Of a stretch of DNA of 64,000 nt, positions 39,717-52,278 are shown one piece after another. A program made the translations under genes and the position numbers. Within the stretch, counting starts at the first letter, position 1. Each line of letters starts with the position of its first letter. The notes under the pieces are model-generated. The model saw only the letters and a program-made list of their open reading frames with translations. It was not told the DNA's origin and made no database searches. Source of the stretch: Isurus oxyrinchus (lineage: Eukaryota); NCBI GenBank assembly GCA_026770705.1, contig JANJGN010000026.1:40176001-40240000 (forward strand), given 5' to 3'.

Positions 39717-39755
39717 CACAGTGACACAACCCAATCCTTCTCTCGTACAAAAACT
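39717..39755 (+). other. 23-RSS
   Basis: CACAGTG+23+ACAAAAACT. Confidence 0.96.
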
Positions 39756-39799
39756 GACTGCATCTGTTTTCACAGAGGATGTTTCATTGTGGTCAGGAC

Positions 39800-40350
39800 A
39801 AGGTTGCAACAAGACTGCAATTCCCATGAACTGATCAAACCGCCATAGCACTGGCGCCTATCCTGCTCTTTGAAAGATCTATCCAATTAATTTCAACTGA
39901 CATACCTTGCCCCACTGCATTGGAATATATATCTTCCTTCAAGAAATTATTCAATTGACTTTTTGATAGTTACTATTGAATCTCCTTCTACCACCATTTC
40001 CAGCAATGCATTCCATACAACAACTCGTATGTAAAAATATCGACTCATCTCTATCTCGTTTTTTTTTGTCGATCACGTCGTATCAGTCTCCTATTATTGA
40101 GGACTTTACTTCCAATAGAAGCAATTTTTCCCTACTCTACTCTATCAAAATTTGGAGCAGTAATATTCAATCTGCTCTCAACTGCCTTTGCTCAAACCAG
40201 AATAATCTTAGCCTTTCGAGTCACTCCATATGGCTGAAGTCCAGCATCTTTGGTTCCATTCTAATAAATCTGCTCTGCATCCATTCGAGTCCTAATATCC
40301 TTTCTGAATTGTTATGCATAGGTTTAAGTAGAGTAATCTATCGGATATAT
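39800..40350 (-). mobile_element. Old CR1 LINE 3' fragment
   Basis: Degenerate similarity to CR1 3' regions elsewhere in the window. Confidence 0.5.
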
Positions 40351-40559
40351 CAACATGGATTATATAATCATTTTTGGGATGTGCACCGCCAGCATTTATT
40401 GTCCAATCGTAATTATTTCTGCAAATAATATGCTTTATCCGTAAAATAACTAAGTATTTTCCAAAACATTTCAAACTGAAATTGCAATAATCCTTAACTT
40501 TTGTCCATGCAGCGTTTTGCACTCTGAGGTGCATCATTATAACTGCATTTACTATATAC

Positions 40560-42165
40560 AGTCAATGACAAGTGTACAGCCTGAGGGGTTTTACACAGTT
40601 AACCGGCCTTCGGTGCACTATACCTGAAAAGTTCTAGGCAGTGGCCTTTCCCCATTGCACCTTTGCAGCGACTGCCCCAAGCTTTAGTGGATCTCCCAGC
40701 ACGTAGTCTTGGACTTTGGTATTTGCCAGTGTGCAATGCTCGGCCGTGATCAATTCTTTGCACTAGGGGACCAGCAAGTTTCAGGCAGAAAAAAGAACCA
40801 TTTTAACCGAGTTGAACATCCTTCAGCAGTAGTTGATATCTGTCGCTGTGCGTCCCTGGAAACTTCCCACAGAGCTTAGAGTCCTGCGTGACAGATCTGT
40901 TGGGGTGACTAACTCCACCGCATCCCCTTCTTTGCAAAGCCACATTCTAGAAGGAGTTGTTCCACTGTCTGTACACCACCGCAGCTGCTTTTGAGGCAGC
41001 GTGCGGTGGCACAGAGATTTAGGGCGTGCATGAAGGATCTGATGGGGAGGGCCTTTCTCACCACCACACAGCCACGGCCTTGGTGTTTGATTGAAAGTTC
41101 TGGTGCTGAGGTATTTTCGCCAATGACTTTGACAATCTGCTCAAGGATCCATCCGACAAGGCCCAACATCTCCATCTACCTCAGGGCCGATAGGATGGAA
41201 CGTGCTGACCGCTGTCTCATGGATTTGTGGTCAGTGAATGTTTTTTTTGTACAAACCTTTCCCACCAGGGATGGATGAATGGACATGGAGCAACTACTTG
41301 GAGCGTTCTGAGATACAGTGGCCAGACTCATTCTTTGCAACACTGGGGACAGGTAGTGACTGCATTTAGTGACACTTGTTGTTCACTTATTAAGGGTCCA
41401 CACATGGCTTGATTCAGGCACACGTAAAGGCGGCCATCAGGATGAGGGTGATGTGAGGCACGTTTCCTTGCCTCCGCCCCACCCCACCTCCACCCCTATT
41501 CCAGAGCTTCGCACATGTTGTCCCTGTGGGCACGCTCCATCTTTGACCTCCAGATGAAGCAGAATATGACTTCGTGGACTGCTGCCATGTAGCATCTAGT
41601 TGCAGGGCTTACATTATGTACAGCAACACCGAGGGCATTTCACACCTGATGAGCAGGTTGATACTCGCAATGGAGAGACAGAGTCGCTCCCCCATGCCCA
41701 GTTCCCGCCTCACCTTAGCTATACGTCCTTCCCAGGCTCAGGCGCATGGTCTGGACTCTCACAACCATATCTCCAGGTAGTCTGACCTGACGATGAAGAG
41801 GGCAAAGGGTCTGTCGGCCCAAAAATCATGTACTAGCTCTTGCCACGATTCACCTTAGCTCTGAGGCCAGTTTAAACTGGGCACAGGTGTTCATGACTGA
41901 CAGCGGGTCCGAGTATAAGACAGTGACATTGTCTATATACAGGGAGACGTTGACTTGTCCGCCTCCACTGCCTGAGATCAAACTGCTTAAACCTCCAACA
42001 CCCCCCCGTCCGCCCCCACCCCCCCTCCCCCCCCCTCCACAACCACCCCCCGTCCCGGCCATCCTTCCTGATTGGCTCAGTTTTATGCAAAATATGAAGA
42101 AGGCAGAGGAGAGAGGGCAGCCCTCTCTGATTTGATTCTTGATTTGATCGGAAACCTTTTCAGTT
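40560..42165 (-). mobile_element. Tx1/L1-clade LINE fragment
   Basis: IREGCPLS and SLYIDNV RT-like motifs; C-terminal ALPIRSFMH...C...CGG..TVEQLLLEC zinc-knuckle remnant. Confidence 0.8.
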
Positions 42166-42409
42166 CTCACCTATTGACTCAAACCGTGCGACTGATCTTT
42201 GTGTAGAATAGTTGTATTTGATTGTGGATTCCACACCCAAACTACGTTTTGGAGAACATAAGCGTCATCATTCCTGATAAACCAGCCAATCGTATGCCTG
42301 GGAAATCCCTTCAGTTTCTCAGTAAGTGAAGCCTGATCCTGATCTGAGTTACACTTTAATATCAGAAGGAACAACATATTTGGAACATTCTCTGATTTTC
42401 TGTCGAACT

Positions 42410-42665
42410 CCAAACCAGACACCTTGTTCTCCCTATGTTCCCTTACTACTGATAATAACGGTCTTCCTACTCTTTCAGTATATGCTTAAATATTGGGTCT
42501 CGCTTCCATAAATAATGTTGCTCAGACTTTCGAAACTTTCTGCATTTGTCTTACATGAATGAGTGCCGTGTCCATCTGAATTGACATTCTGGAAGGACAG
42601 TGCATAGCATTGAACTGGAGAGTTTCATTCCCTCCATCGACTTGGTCTCTAAACATGCAAACACT
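42410..42665 (+). pseudogene. Family-C leader and FR1 remnant
   Basis: Promoter/leader alignable to 63380-63520; PSELTFWKDS-type FR1 remnant. Confidence 0.6.
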
Positions 42666-43054
42666 CCCTTATCAGGACGATAGCCCAGCTTGTGGTCAGC
42701 AGCCAGCTCACCACCATCACTGTATACACAAGGAAGCGACCTGAGAGAGTCCTGAGACACGGCAGCAGAGTATTGAGGATTAGAACTGCTGTCCTCAAAT
42801 ATGCTTCTTTGCAGTTTCAGTCGGATTGGAGTCTGAAGTTTGTTTTCTCGGCCGCTAGGAAACTGTTGGGTGACAGTTTGATCCGAGGTGAATGTGGTTT
42901 CCTCTCGGTTTGTGTTTGAATGGCCGATAGCATCGCTGAACATTGTGGCTGCATCTGCCCGAGATTCTACACATAAACCCAAATGGACAGGAGTTCCGAG
43001 TCACAGTTCAAAGACAGTTTGCGCACAGGGGTGAGACTGTTTTCCATCACTGTG

Positions 43055-43513
43055 AGTGTGAGAGTGCAGCAATACACGGCAGCGTCAGTCAGCTGCAGAC
43101 CCGAGATGGTTCAACTGGTAAATTTCGTGGAGGACTGGAACTCGACTGGGAAACGGATTTGGGCAAAATTTGTTTTTTCTTCATAACCGCTCGTGGATTT
43201 CAGCAATAAAAACCCGAGCTGGGCGTCTAGATGTAGCCTATATCAGTATAGCCAAGAGCTGTTTTTTGTCGTATGATAGCTACAGCTTAAAGTCACTACT
43301 TCGCCTTTTTCCTGAGCATCTGAGGGCAGCGGCTCTTACAAAATCTCCATGAATTAGTTCTGAGCATGTTGAAACAGAAAATAAATCAGACCAGCGGGTG
43401 TTTAACATTTAAAGGATGTGCGGAAAATGTGAAAGATGAAGATGAAATGTGTGTGGTCCTCGATTACCTGTCAGTAATGCCCCCCACAGAACCCAGAGGC
43501 TGAGTTGCCGCAT
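43055..43513 (-). pseudogene. TRAV/DV: TCR V pseudogene (family D): leader 43468-43513; RSS 43016-43054
   Basis: MRQLSLWVLWGALLT|...GEVVTLSCSYHTTKNSSWLY*YRLH...FTS*TISGLQLTDAAVYCC; CACAGTG+23+GCGCAAACT. Confidence 0.92.
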
Positions 43514-44044
43514 TGTCGCTGTCTGCTCTGTAAAAGGGGAGTTGAATATTTGAAGACACCTGTTCTAAACCCCTTCATCATTAATATGCTGTCGTGTCTC
43601 AGGGTGTTCTCACCTCACTTCCTTATGTCCTCAGTGGTGCTGTGAGAGCGGTAGTTGATGAGCTGGTCCTCAGTGAATGTAAACACACCGAACTGGACAA
43701 TGTTCAGTGCCTTTATAGGGGGAATGGCTCAGCTTTGGAAACCGAGGGTGGTGTTCTGGTTGTCAGTGTATTTAAATTCCCAAAGCTGGACGATATTTAG
43801 TGTGCTCATAGGGGGAATGTTTCAGATTTAGCTACCGATGTAACAGTGGCTGATTATTGTAACTGGAAAACTCAAGGCTGACCTGACCAGAAGGAGAGTC
43901 GGAACAGTGACTCCGCTGAGATTTCCCTCAAGTGTCAGTTAACTATTGAGCTAAGAACGATTCTGTGTTTTGTCTCAGTGATTTATAACGGTGATATCTG
44001 TTGTTACCGAACAAGTACTTGAGCAAACCTAGAGGAATTAACAT

Positions 44045-44380
44045 AGAGCAATTCACCAAGGCTCCTTCGACCGCACCTTCCAAACCCACGATCATTGCCA
44101 TCTAGAAGGACAAGGCAGCGGATAGATGGGAGTAACACCATCTGGAAGTTCCCCTCCGAGTCACTCACCATCCTAACATGGAAATATATCACCGTTCCTT
44201 CACTGCCGCTGGATGAAAATCCTGGAACTTCTTTCCTTACAGCACTCTGGATGTACCTACACCACCTGGACTACAGCAGTTCAAGGAGCAGCTCACCATC
44301 ACTTTCTCAATAGCAAGTATGGATGGGCAATAAATGCTGGCCGAGCCAGCGAAGTCCACACCCCGTCAATGAGTAAAAGA
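44045..44380 (+). mobile_element. LINE 3' end (same family as 21405-22540)
   Basis: Alignable to 22235-22530. Confidence 0.85.
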
Positions 44381-44825
44381 AAAGCTCTCCCTATAATTTA
44401 AACAACATTTCGAGCACTGACCCCATCTGCAGTTTATACTTAAAACTTTGTTAGAAACTCAGTGGTGGATTCTGCCTCTCTGTACAAGTAAGGATATATT
44501 TAAAAAACCATAACCTCCATAACCTTCGGATTTGTAAATGAGATTGCATCGCATCGACTCTCTGCATCCAGTTACTGAAGACAGAACACTCCGAGCGGGT
44601 CCAAAGCTCCCAGGGTGAGATGCAGGCTGAATACTCATTAACAAGAACTAACACCCATAGTGCATGAAAAACTGTCCTTACAACTCTCGTTCAGGTTAGA
44701 AGAAGATGTGGTGCAGGGAGAAGCAAAATAAAAGGGGTTTGAATTGTCTTTCGCTCCTTTATCATCGATCCCCACCCTCGATACAATGAATGGCTTCAGA
44801 AAACACAGCTCATCACATATTTTCA

Positions 44826-44975
44826 TCATATTTTAGTATCCTTTCCCCATCTTCAGAATTCACTTCTCAGTGTCTATCTTTCATTCATATTTTAATATTC
44901 CTTTCCCCATCTTCAGAAATATCATCTCAGGGTGTATTCATCATTTATATTTTAATATCCCTTTCCCCATCTTCC
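44826..44975. repeat. 60-bp tandem repeat, about 2.5 copies
   Basis: CTTTCCCCATCTTC at 44841, 44901 and 44961. Confidence 0.85.
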
Positions 44976-45809
44976 AGACCTTTCATTCACTTGCCTTGCC
45001 CAGTGATTAGTATCAGATTTTAATCCTTCGACATCGCTTTCTGAGGATCATTAAGGAAAAGCTGCTGTGGGGATAGAAACAGAGGTAGATTGCTGACTGT
45101 GATTGATATACTTTCAAAATACATTGAGAATTAAAGTTGGGGTATCCGGCCCTCGCCATGGACCTCTGTTAATGCAGGGCAAACATGCAAAACTTTCAAT
45201 AGCTTCATTTTCCAACCCAGTCACCCAGAATAGCCACATGAAGATAAAATGAATGTCCCAATTGGATACATCATATTTCATGACAGTGATTAGAATCATA
45301 AAATTATGGCGTGGTTACAGCACAGAGGAAGGCCATTCATCGCATCTTATCTGAGCCGGCCCTCTGTGAGAGTAGCTAAGCCAGAATCAGCACCTTTCCC
45401 CCATGACCTGCAAATCATTTATGAAATTCCAGCAAGATCAGTTCTCTGGAAAATCTTTTCTTATCGTTGATCGATTCACTTTTTGATCTTTTAATTTTCC
45501 AGAGAATGGCTAACGCGGCAGCCTCCTACCTGTTTGTTCTCCGGCATCTAACCAGGTGGCTGACGTGTTCCTCAACAACACGTCCGATATTCGGGCTGGT
45601 TGCAGTTTGCAAACGTCAAAAGCAATTGGTGACAATTCACTTTGGTGGCCCAGTCAAGTCTTCACAATCTGCCCGAAACCAACCTTCACCCACTGCGGCT
45701 CTGTGTTCAAATTTGTCCAGACAAAGTGGATCCAGACCTATTTTTCTAGTGGAAGGTCATTGGACTGAGCAGTGAGTCAGAAAGTTTACCTTTTCAGGCA
45801 CTTGGGACT

Positions 45810-47680
45810 ACCAAACTGGAGAGGATGCAAAGGAGATTTACCAGGATTTTGCCTGGGATGAAATATTTAAGTTATGAAGAGAGGTTGGATATATTGTACC
45901 ATTGTCGCTGACATCTTTTGATGATCTGCTTCTATCACTGCTTGTTTGTCCACACAACCACCTCTCTCTCTCTCTATCTCTCCGCCCCCCACACACACAC
46001 ACCCCTTAAACCAGCTTATATTTCAACTCTTTCTTGGACTCGAAATCAAGTTCTGTCGAAGGGTCACGAGGACTCGAAACATCAACTGTTTTCTTCTCCA
46101 CCGAGGCTGCCAGACCTGCTGAGTTTTTCCAGGTAATTCTGTTTTTGTTTTGGATATACTTGGGTTGTTTTCGATGGAGCAGAGAAGACTGAGGGGCGAC
46201 TGGATCGAGATGTACAAGATTATGAGGGGCATAGACAGGGTGGATAGGGAGGAGCTGTTCCCCTTAGTTGAAGGGTCAGTCACAAGGGGGTATAAGTTCA
46301 AGGTGAGGGGCTGGAGGTTAAGGGGGGATGTGAGGAATTTTTTTTTTTACCCAGAGGGTGGTGACGTTTGGAATGCACTCCTTGGGAGGGTGGTGAAGGC
46401 AGGTTGTCTCACATACTTTAACAAGGGTAGTAGTTGTGAGGAATTCGCTGCCCAAGTTGGTAGTAGACGCAGAAACTTTAAACTCTTTTAAAAAGTACCT
46501 GCAGCTGCACCTAAAGTGCTGTAAGCTGCAGGGCTATGGGCGGGGTGCAAACAGGTGTGATTAGAAAGGGCAACTGGGTGTCCTCGGGCTGGCATGGACA
46601 AGATGGGCCGAATGGCCTCCTTCTGTGTTGTAACTTTTCTCTGGTTTTATGGTTCTAAATACCTGGCTGAGCGCTTGGCACGTCATAACATACAAGGCTA
46701 TGGGCGAAGTGCTGGTAAATGGGATTAACTAGGTAGATAAAAACAAAGAAAACTGCGGATGCTGGAAATCCAAAACAAAAACAGAATTACCTGGAAAAAC
46801 TCAGCAGGTCTGGCAGCATCGGCGGAGAAGAAAAGAGTTGACGTTTCGAGTCCTCATGACCCTTCGACAGAACTTGATTTCGAGTCCAAGAAAGAGTTGA
46901 AATATAAGCTGGTTTAAGGTGTGTGTGTGTGTGGGTGGGGTGGGGGGGGGGGGGGGGGGGGCGGAGAGAGAGAGAGAGACAGAGGTGCTTGTGTAGACAA
47001 ACAAGCAGTGATAGAAGCAGATCATCAAAAGATGTCAGTGACAATGGTACAAAAGAACACATAGGTGTTAAAGTTAAAGTTGGTGATATTATCTAAAGGA
47101 ATGTGCTCATTAAGAATGGATGGTAGGGCACTCAAGGTACAGCTCTAGTGGGGGTGGGGGGGAGCATAAAAGATTTTAAAATATTTAAAAATAATGGAAA
47201 TAGGTGGGAAAAGAAAAATCTATAAAATTTTTAGGGAAAAAAAAAGGGGAAAAAAGGGGGGAAACAGAAAGGGGGTGGGGATGGGGGAGGGAGCTCACGA
47301 CCTAAAGTTATTGAATTCAATATTCAGACCGGAAGGCTGTAAGGTGCCTAGTCGGAAGATGAAGTGTTGTTCCTCCAGTTTGCGTTGGGCTTCACTGGAA
47401 CAATGCAGTAAGCCAAGGACAGACATGTGGGCAAGAGAGCAGGGTGGGAGTGTTAAAATGGCAAGCAACAGGGAGGTTTGGGTCATTCTTGCGGACAGAC
47501 CGCAGGTGTTCTGCAAAGCGGTCGCCCAGTTTACGTTTGGTCTCTCCAATGTAGAGGAGACCACATTGGGATCAACGAATTAACTAGGTAGGTCAGGTTT
47601 TTCTCAGGTCTTGGTGCAGACTCGATGGCCCGAAGGGGCCTCTTCTGCACTCTGTGATTCTGTGATTTTGGTGAATTCAA
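45810..47680 (+). mobile_element. CR1 3' fragment with three nested insertions (PLE 45894-46149, second LINE tail ~46423-46656, PLE 46737-47578)
   Basis: LFSMEQRRLRGDWIEMYKIM; host sequence resumes after each insert. Confidence 0.85.
46737..47578 (-). mobile_element. Penelope-like element 3' part (GIY-YIG C-terminus and pLTR)
   Basis: HMSVLGLLHCSSEAQRKLEEQHFIFRLGTLQPSGLNIEF; 13-bp TSD ATTAACTAGGTAG. Confidence 0.92.
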
Positions 47681-47727
47681 GGGAGACGTCAGCATTATCG
47701 CTGCCGGTAAATGGATTCACCCAGCCA

Positions 47728-47900
47728 AGGGGGGCGGTGGGGGGGGGGGGGGGGGGGGGGGGTGGGGGGGGGGGTGGGGGGGGGGGGGGTGGGGGTGGTG
47801 GGGTGGGGTGTGGGGCGCGGAGGGGTGAGGGGGGCGGTGGTGGTGGGGAGGTGGAGGGGGAGGGAGGTGGCAGCGGTGTTGGAGTTGGGGGAGGTGGTGA
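47728..47900. repeat. Poly-G / G-rich tract
   Basis: Long G runs. Confidence 0.9.
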
Positions 47901-49114
47901 ATACAAACAATTAAAGCAGCTGAAACAAAATGTAGAATTTCCTCAAATATTGAACACTAACAAAGTAAAATGGAAACCACACAGACCTGTTGGTGTTGCT
48001 ATAATAACTGCAGATGAATGTGAAAGAGATCCTTGAGTCCACGGGGCTCCAATTTACAGGGAATGCTGTCGAGAACACCTTGGATACTGACAGGAAAGGT
48101 TACCTTTTCATGATATCTTGACACTGGCAGGGCCAGAAAGATATCATATCTGTCGTTGCTGTTTAATTGCAGCCTTTGCCTGTACAGCACATGGACAAAA
48201 GAAGCGTGAGGTCGTTGCTTCTATAATAATATGCCCATTGAAAATGATGTAACTCCAGCTCTCTATGAGAACCATGTTAGCCCCAGGTTCGCGAAATGAA
48301 CTCCAATGTTATTATTTAACTGCAAATGCCTTCACCATTGATCTCGGATTGAAGTGTACGGGCGAAAGCAGACTTTGGATGACAGAAAAAATCCCAACCC
48401 AATCGGAATTGTAATTCCTAATGGCAAATGTATTTAATTTCAAACTTTCAAGTTGAGTAGCTAGCTTATTTGTAATGAAGTAAGCTATGAAATTATTGGC
48501 ATTAGCAAAGATAGAATATTATGAGTTCAAATCGAAGGGCTGAAATATCTTTTTTTCGTTAATTTAGATGAAAGCAAATGCCAGTCAGCCTTCTTTGGGG
48601 CAATATGGCCAGTGGCAGACACAGCGAATCCGCACCGCCACCTGCTGGCCTGGTTTAAATGAACACCTTTGGGAGGATCTCAGAGATCATTGTTCAGTAT
48701 TTGTGTTCTCTCTGTTTTCATTATTCGGTCTGATTCAGGATGATGAGGCGAGCGCTCCTCCCACTTTCCACCAAATCTGAGCAAGAACCTCCCTCACAGT
48801 TCACTCTGTGAGGTGGAGTCCCAGAAGGTTGCTTCTAGCGGGCACAGTGTTCTGGTGTTCGTTAAGATTGATGCACAACAGCACTGACTTCTCCAGAAGC
48901 AGCTACCCTGGCCTGAATCTGCCGACAGTTAATTTACCCAAGTTGATAGGACACGAAATGGTGGCAATTCTGGATTTCACACTCTATCATCTACGTGAGT
49001 GCGGCACACATCATTAAATGCCTATAATATCACATATATTGTAATACATATAGTCTAACAGTATAATATATTATATTATATATTATATTGTACAGTATAA
49101 TATATATTATTCGT

Positions 49115-49365
49115 TTATGGGATGTAGGCGTCGCTGTCTAGGCCACCAGTTATTGCCCATCCCTCCCTAATTGACCTTGATGAAAGGGCATTTGAGAGTC
49201 AACCACATCGCTGTGGGACCAGAGTCACATGTAGGTCAGACCAAATAAGGATGGCAGGTTTCCTGCCCTAAAGAGCATAAATGAACCAGATGCTTTTTAA
49301 GACAACCGACAGTCGTTTCATGGACATATTCCCAGATTTGTATTGAATTCAAATTTCAATATTTG
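49115..49365 (-). mobile_element. SINE copy followed by (GT)n at ~49385-49440, inside a V intron
   Basis: Alignable to 26555-26830. Confidence 0.8.
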
Positions 49366-49395
49366 CCTGTTTTCGAAATATATGTATGTGTGTAT

Positions 49396-49442
<47 letters not shown>

Positions 49443-49574
49443 AATATAATTATGCTATATTCTGTTGGATTGCATTTTCCAGTATTCTATCATCTTGTAT
49501 TTTGTTATTTTGTATTTTATTATTGTAAGTTATATGGAATTGCGCTTTTTTTTTTACAAATTATGTACATTATA

Positions 49575-49859
49575 TCTCATGCAACTGGCAGTAATGGAGT
49601 ATGACAGTCAGCGGTTGTTGCAGAAGGAGACATTGCATCATTGATCTGTTTTACCAAAGTAGCAGGACGGATCAGACGATATCCGGACAGAACAATGCAG
49701 CACCTGGCGAGAAGTACCAGCAATCGGAACAAGATCAAGGCTTGGCCCAATTTAGCGTAGTGAAGTGCTCAGAATGTTGGCGACGCTCGAGTGACAGACG
49801 CTATTTCTGTTTCTTTGAGGCACAATGTGTCACCTCGCAGTAAGGATCATAGAAAAGCC
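49575..49859 (+). pseudogene. TCR V pseudogene (family E) with RSS 49821-49859
   Basis: VVAEGDIASLIC...YPDRTMQHLA...NVGDARVTD; CACAATG+23+AGAAAAGCC; leader remnant ~48958-48997. Confidence 0.82.
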
Positions 49860-50580
49860 TTCTGAGGGAGGTGGGTGACAGTTTGTAGCCTGTGCCCTTA
49901 TCAAAGAGCTGGGAGTTTGATAACAATCTCCCCAGAAAAGGGCCCTCCGTCTCCCAATAAGTGAATCCTGCCCTGATCATTGTTCACGCTACAAAATCAG
50001 ACCAGAAGGGTCAACATCCATTTAGCATTAATTTTATTTCCTGTCAAAATAGAAATCAAACACCATATGTTCCATACATTCCTTTCTGAACTTCTGTGTG
50101 GTGGGCCTATGTTTAAATAATCATTGGGTATTTCATGTTTAAGTCCAGTTCTAGACTTTGGCACATTCTGTGCTTTGTTACAGGCACGAGGGAATGGGAG
50201 AGATTAAGAGTCCCTGGATCCTTCTGGGTTAATGGTCTGGAAAAAAGGTAGTAACGTTAGGCTGCAGTTTCTACATGTCTGATAACTTTCTCTCGCTCTG
50301 TTGGTGCATTAATATTCCGGGTGATCTCAGAGATATTTTCTGAGGAGATGTAACTCGAGGCATTGAGTTAGTTCTCAATATTTCCATACAGGTTCCCTGT
50401 TTCCCTGGACAAGGACCAAAAGAATAATGCAACTGTTTGAGAGACAAACCTGCCAATCTTTCTCCTAGGCTTTGTTGGGATCAAAGTTCCTGCCGGTAAT
50501 AGTGCAGAAGCGTACTTAACGGTCTTGTAAATATTTGCTGAGGTTTTTGTACAGCGTCGTGGCTGTTAACTGGCGCTGTG

Positions 50581-51030
50581 CCTCACTACACAGTAATAGA
50601 TCACGCTGTCCTTCTCCACACTCAGTCCGCTTATATTGAGGTAACCAGACCTTGTAGACCTGTCAGCAGCCGCCAGATATTGCCCTCAGATTTTGTCTTC
50701 TTTCAGCACTACTGTCCTGCTGATTATCCAGCCTGGAGTCTGTGCAGGCTTCTGCCGAATATTCACAATGTAACTGCACAGAACCCCCATCTAACACGGT
50801 TGTTGTCAGTGGAGACTGAGTCACTGGATCTGCAAATAGTCCGCCTGTGGAGTTAGAGGTACAAAAAAGCACAAGGTTCAATCTAAACCTGCATCTATCT
50901 GTATGTGCAAATTCCCACCTATCAAGATGTCTAATCGCACTACATCCTATTGCAAACTCTTTGCATCAATCTGCTAACTTGCCTTGATAAACACAGTCCA
51001 GTATTTACTATCCAGTATTATCAGGAACAT
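50581..51030 (-). pseudogene. TCR V pseudogene (family F) with RSS 50542-50580
   Basis: ADPVTQSPLTTTVLDGGSVQLHCEY, CDR1/Trp deletion with frameshift, DSVIYYCVVR; CACAGCG+23+ACAAAAACC. Confidence 0.9.
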
Positions 51031-52278
51031 GTCTGAGTGAATCTCTGTCTCTCTATAAGTGAATGGAATGATTTAGAGAGTGAGAAGAAGATAGGAAACC
51101 CGGGCTTTGTTTAACTCATTGTTCCACACACACACTGCTGGGGGCCAGGCCCATCGTGACCTCACTCAAGCTACCATCCTTATTGGCTCTGGTGTTGGTC
51201 ATGCGTGACTTTCTAATCAACATGTATAAACCTGGCGCCATCTGCTGGCAGATTCTGTTCAATTTGGTTGAGAGTGGGGCCTTTGGGTGGCTGTGGAATT
51301 CATTGGTATACATATTAAACAAGCATGCCAGATATTGTTTCCAAAGAATTGAAATTGGAGCTTATCAGACTCAGGCTTTCTTTTGTGTTTATGCCAGAGA
51401 ATAATGCATTTCTTTCTATATTACTGTTTGAAAATCAAGGAAAAACTATTTAGATAGGATGATAATATATAAGATATTACACATTAGAAGTAATGCACGA
51501 GGCAGGTACTAAGTGTGGCGGCCTTAAATGTAAACAGACGAGGAAAACTGGCGTTATTCTTTTATGAAAGGATTTAAAGGAGATACTTAATTGAAGTAGT
51601 CAAAATGATAAGAGATCTGATGTAATAAATCGTGCATTATTGTGCCCAGTGGCAGAAAATTCGATAACGCATACACCCCATTTTCAGAGAAGAAAATGTA
51701 AGAAAAAATAAGCAAAAAGGTGAAATTCACTCATTACACTGTGTTGAAACCTAAAATGCACGACCTAAAGGATGGAAGAAGAACATTCAATCGGAACCTT
51801 CAAAAAGAAATTGTTTGCAAGTTGAAAGTGAGAAAACTTGCCCCTCATGCGGAAACTGCAGGAGTTGAAAGGCGGTTTTGATAACTCTTCCAAACAGACA
51901 CAGGGATGGTATGGCAAATAATCTAATTCAGTGGTTTAAAATTACATGATTCAAGTTTCTTCATGCCTCTTCTGCTCTATTTGCTCTCTGTCACTTGAAC
52001 AGTGAGCAGCTGCAGGATTGTCACAAACTTGTGAAATTTCAACCGTCGCTATTTCCGCTCCCTCAGTTCAGAGAGCAGCTGAGAGTTATCGCGCACTTCA
52101 CTTAATATTGAGTCTGCGGTATCCCCGCCCACAGTTGGTCAGTCTCTGACCCGATTATGTTATTGGAACGATTGCTGGCGCTGGTTCATTCTTCTCATTG
52201 TTTGGCTGGGCACTGCAGTGGGGCGGGGGTCTGTATTTCTGCTTTGACACAGGATTCTTTGCATGTAAGTTACAGACT

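Noticed and set aside
44826-44975. CRISPR-like spaced repeat
   Set aside because: Eukaryotic context and the 'spacers' are homologous to each other: simple tandem repeat
44450-45030. Block paralogous to ~34370-34700 with a YLYR..EFL hint
   Set aside because: Duplication is visible but V identity is unsupported
47604-48036. Gly/Pro-rich ORFs
   Set aside because: Translation of the poly-G tract
48030-48290. Possible V relic on minus strand (LYRQ, TFPVSIQ)
   Set aside because: Too degenerate; no Cys motif or RSS
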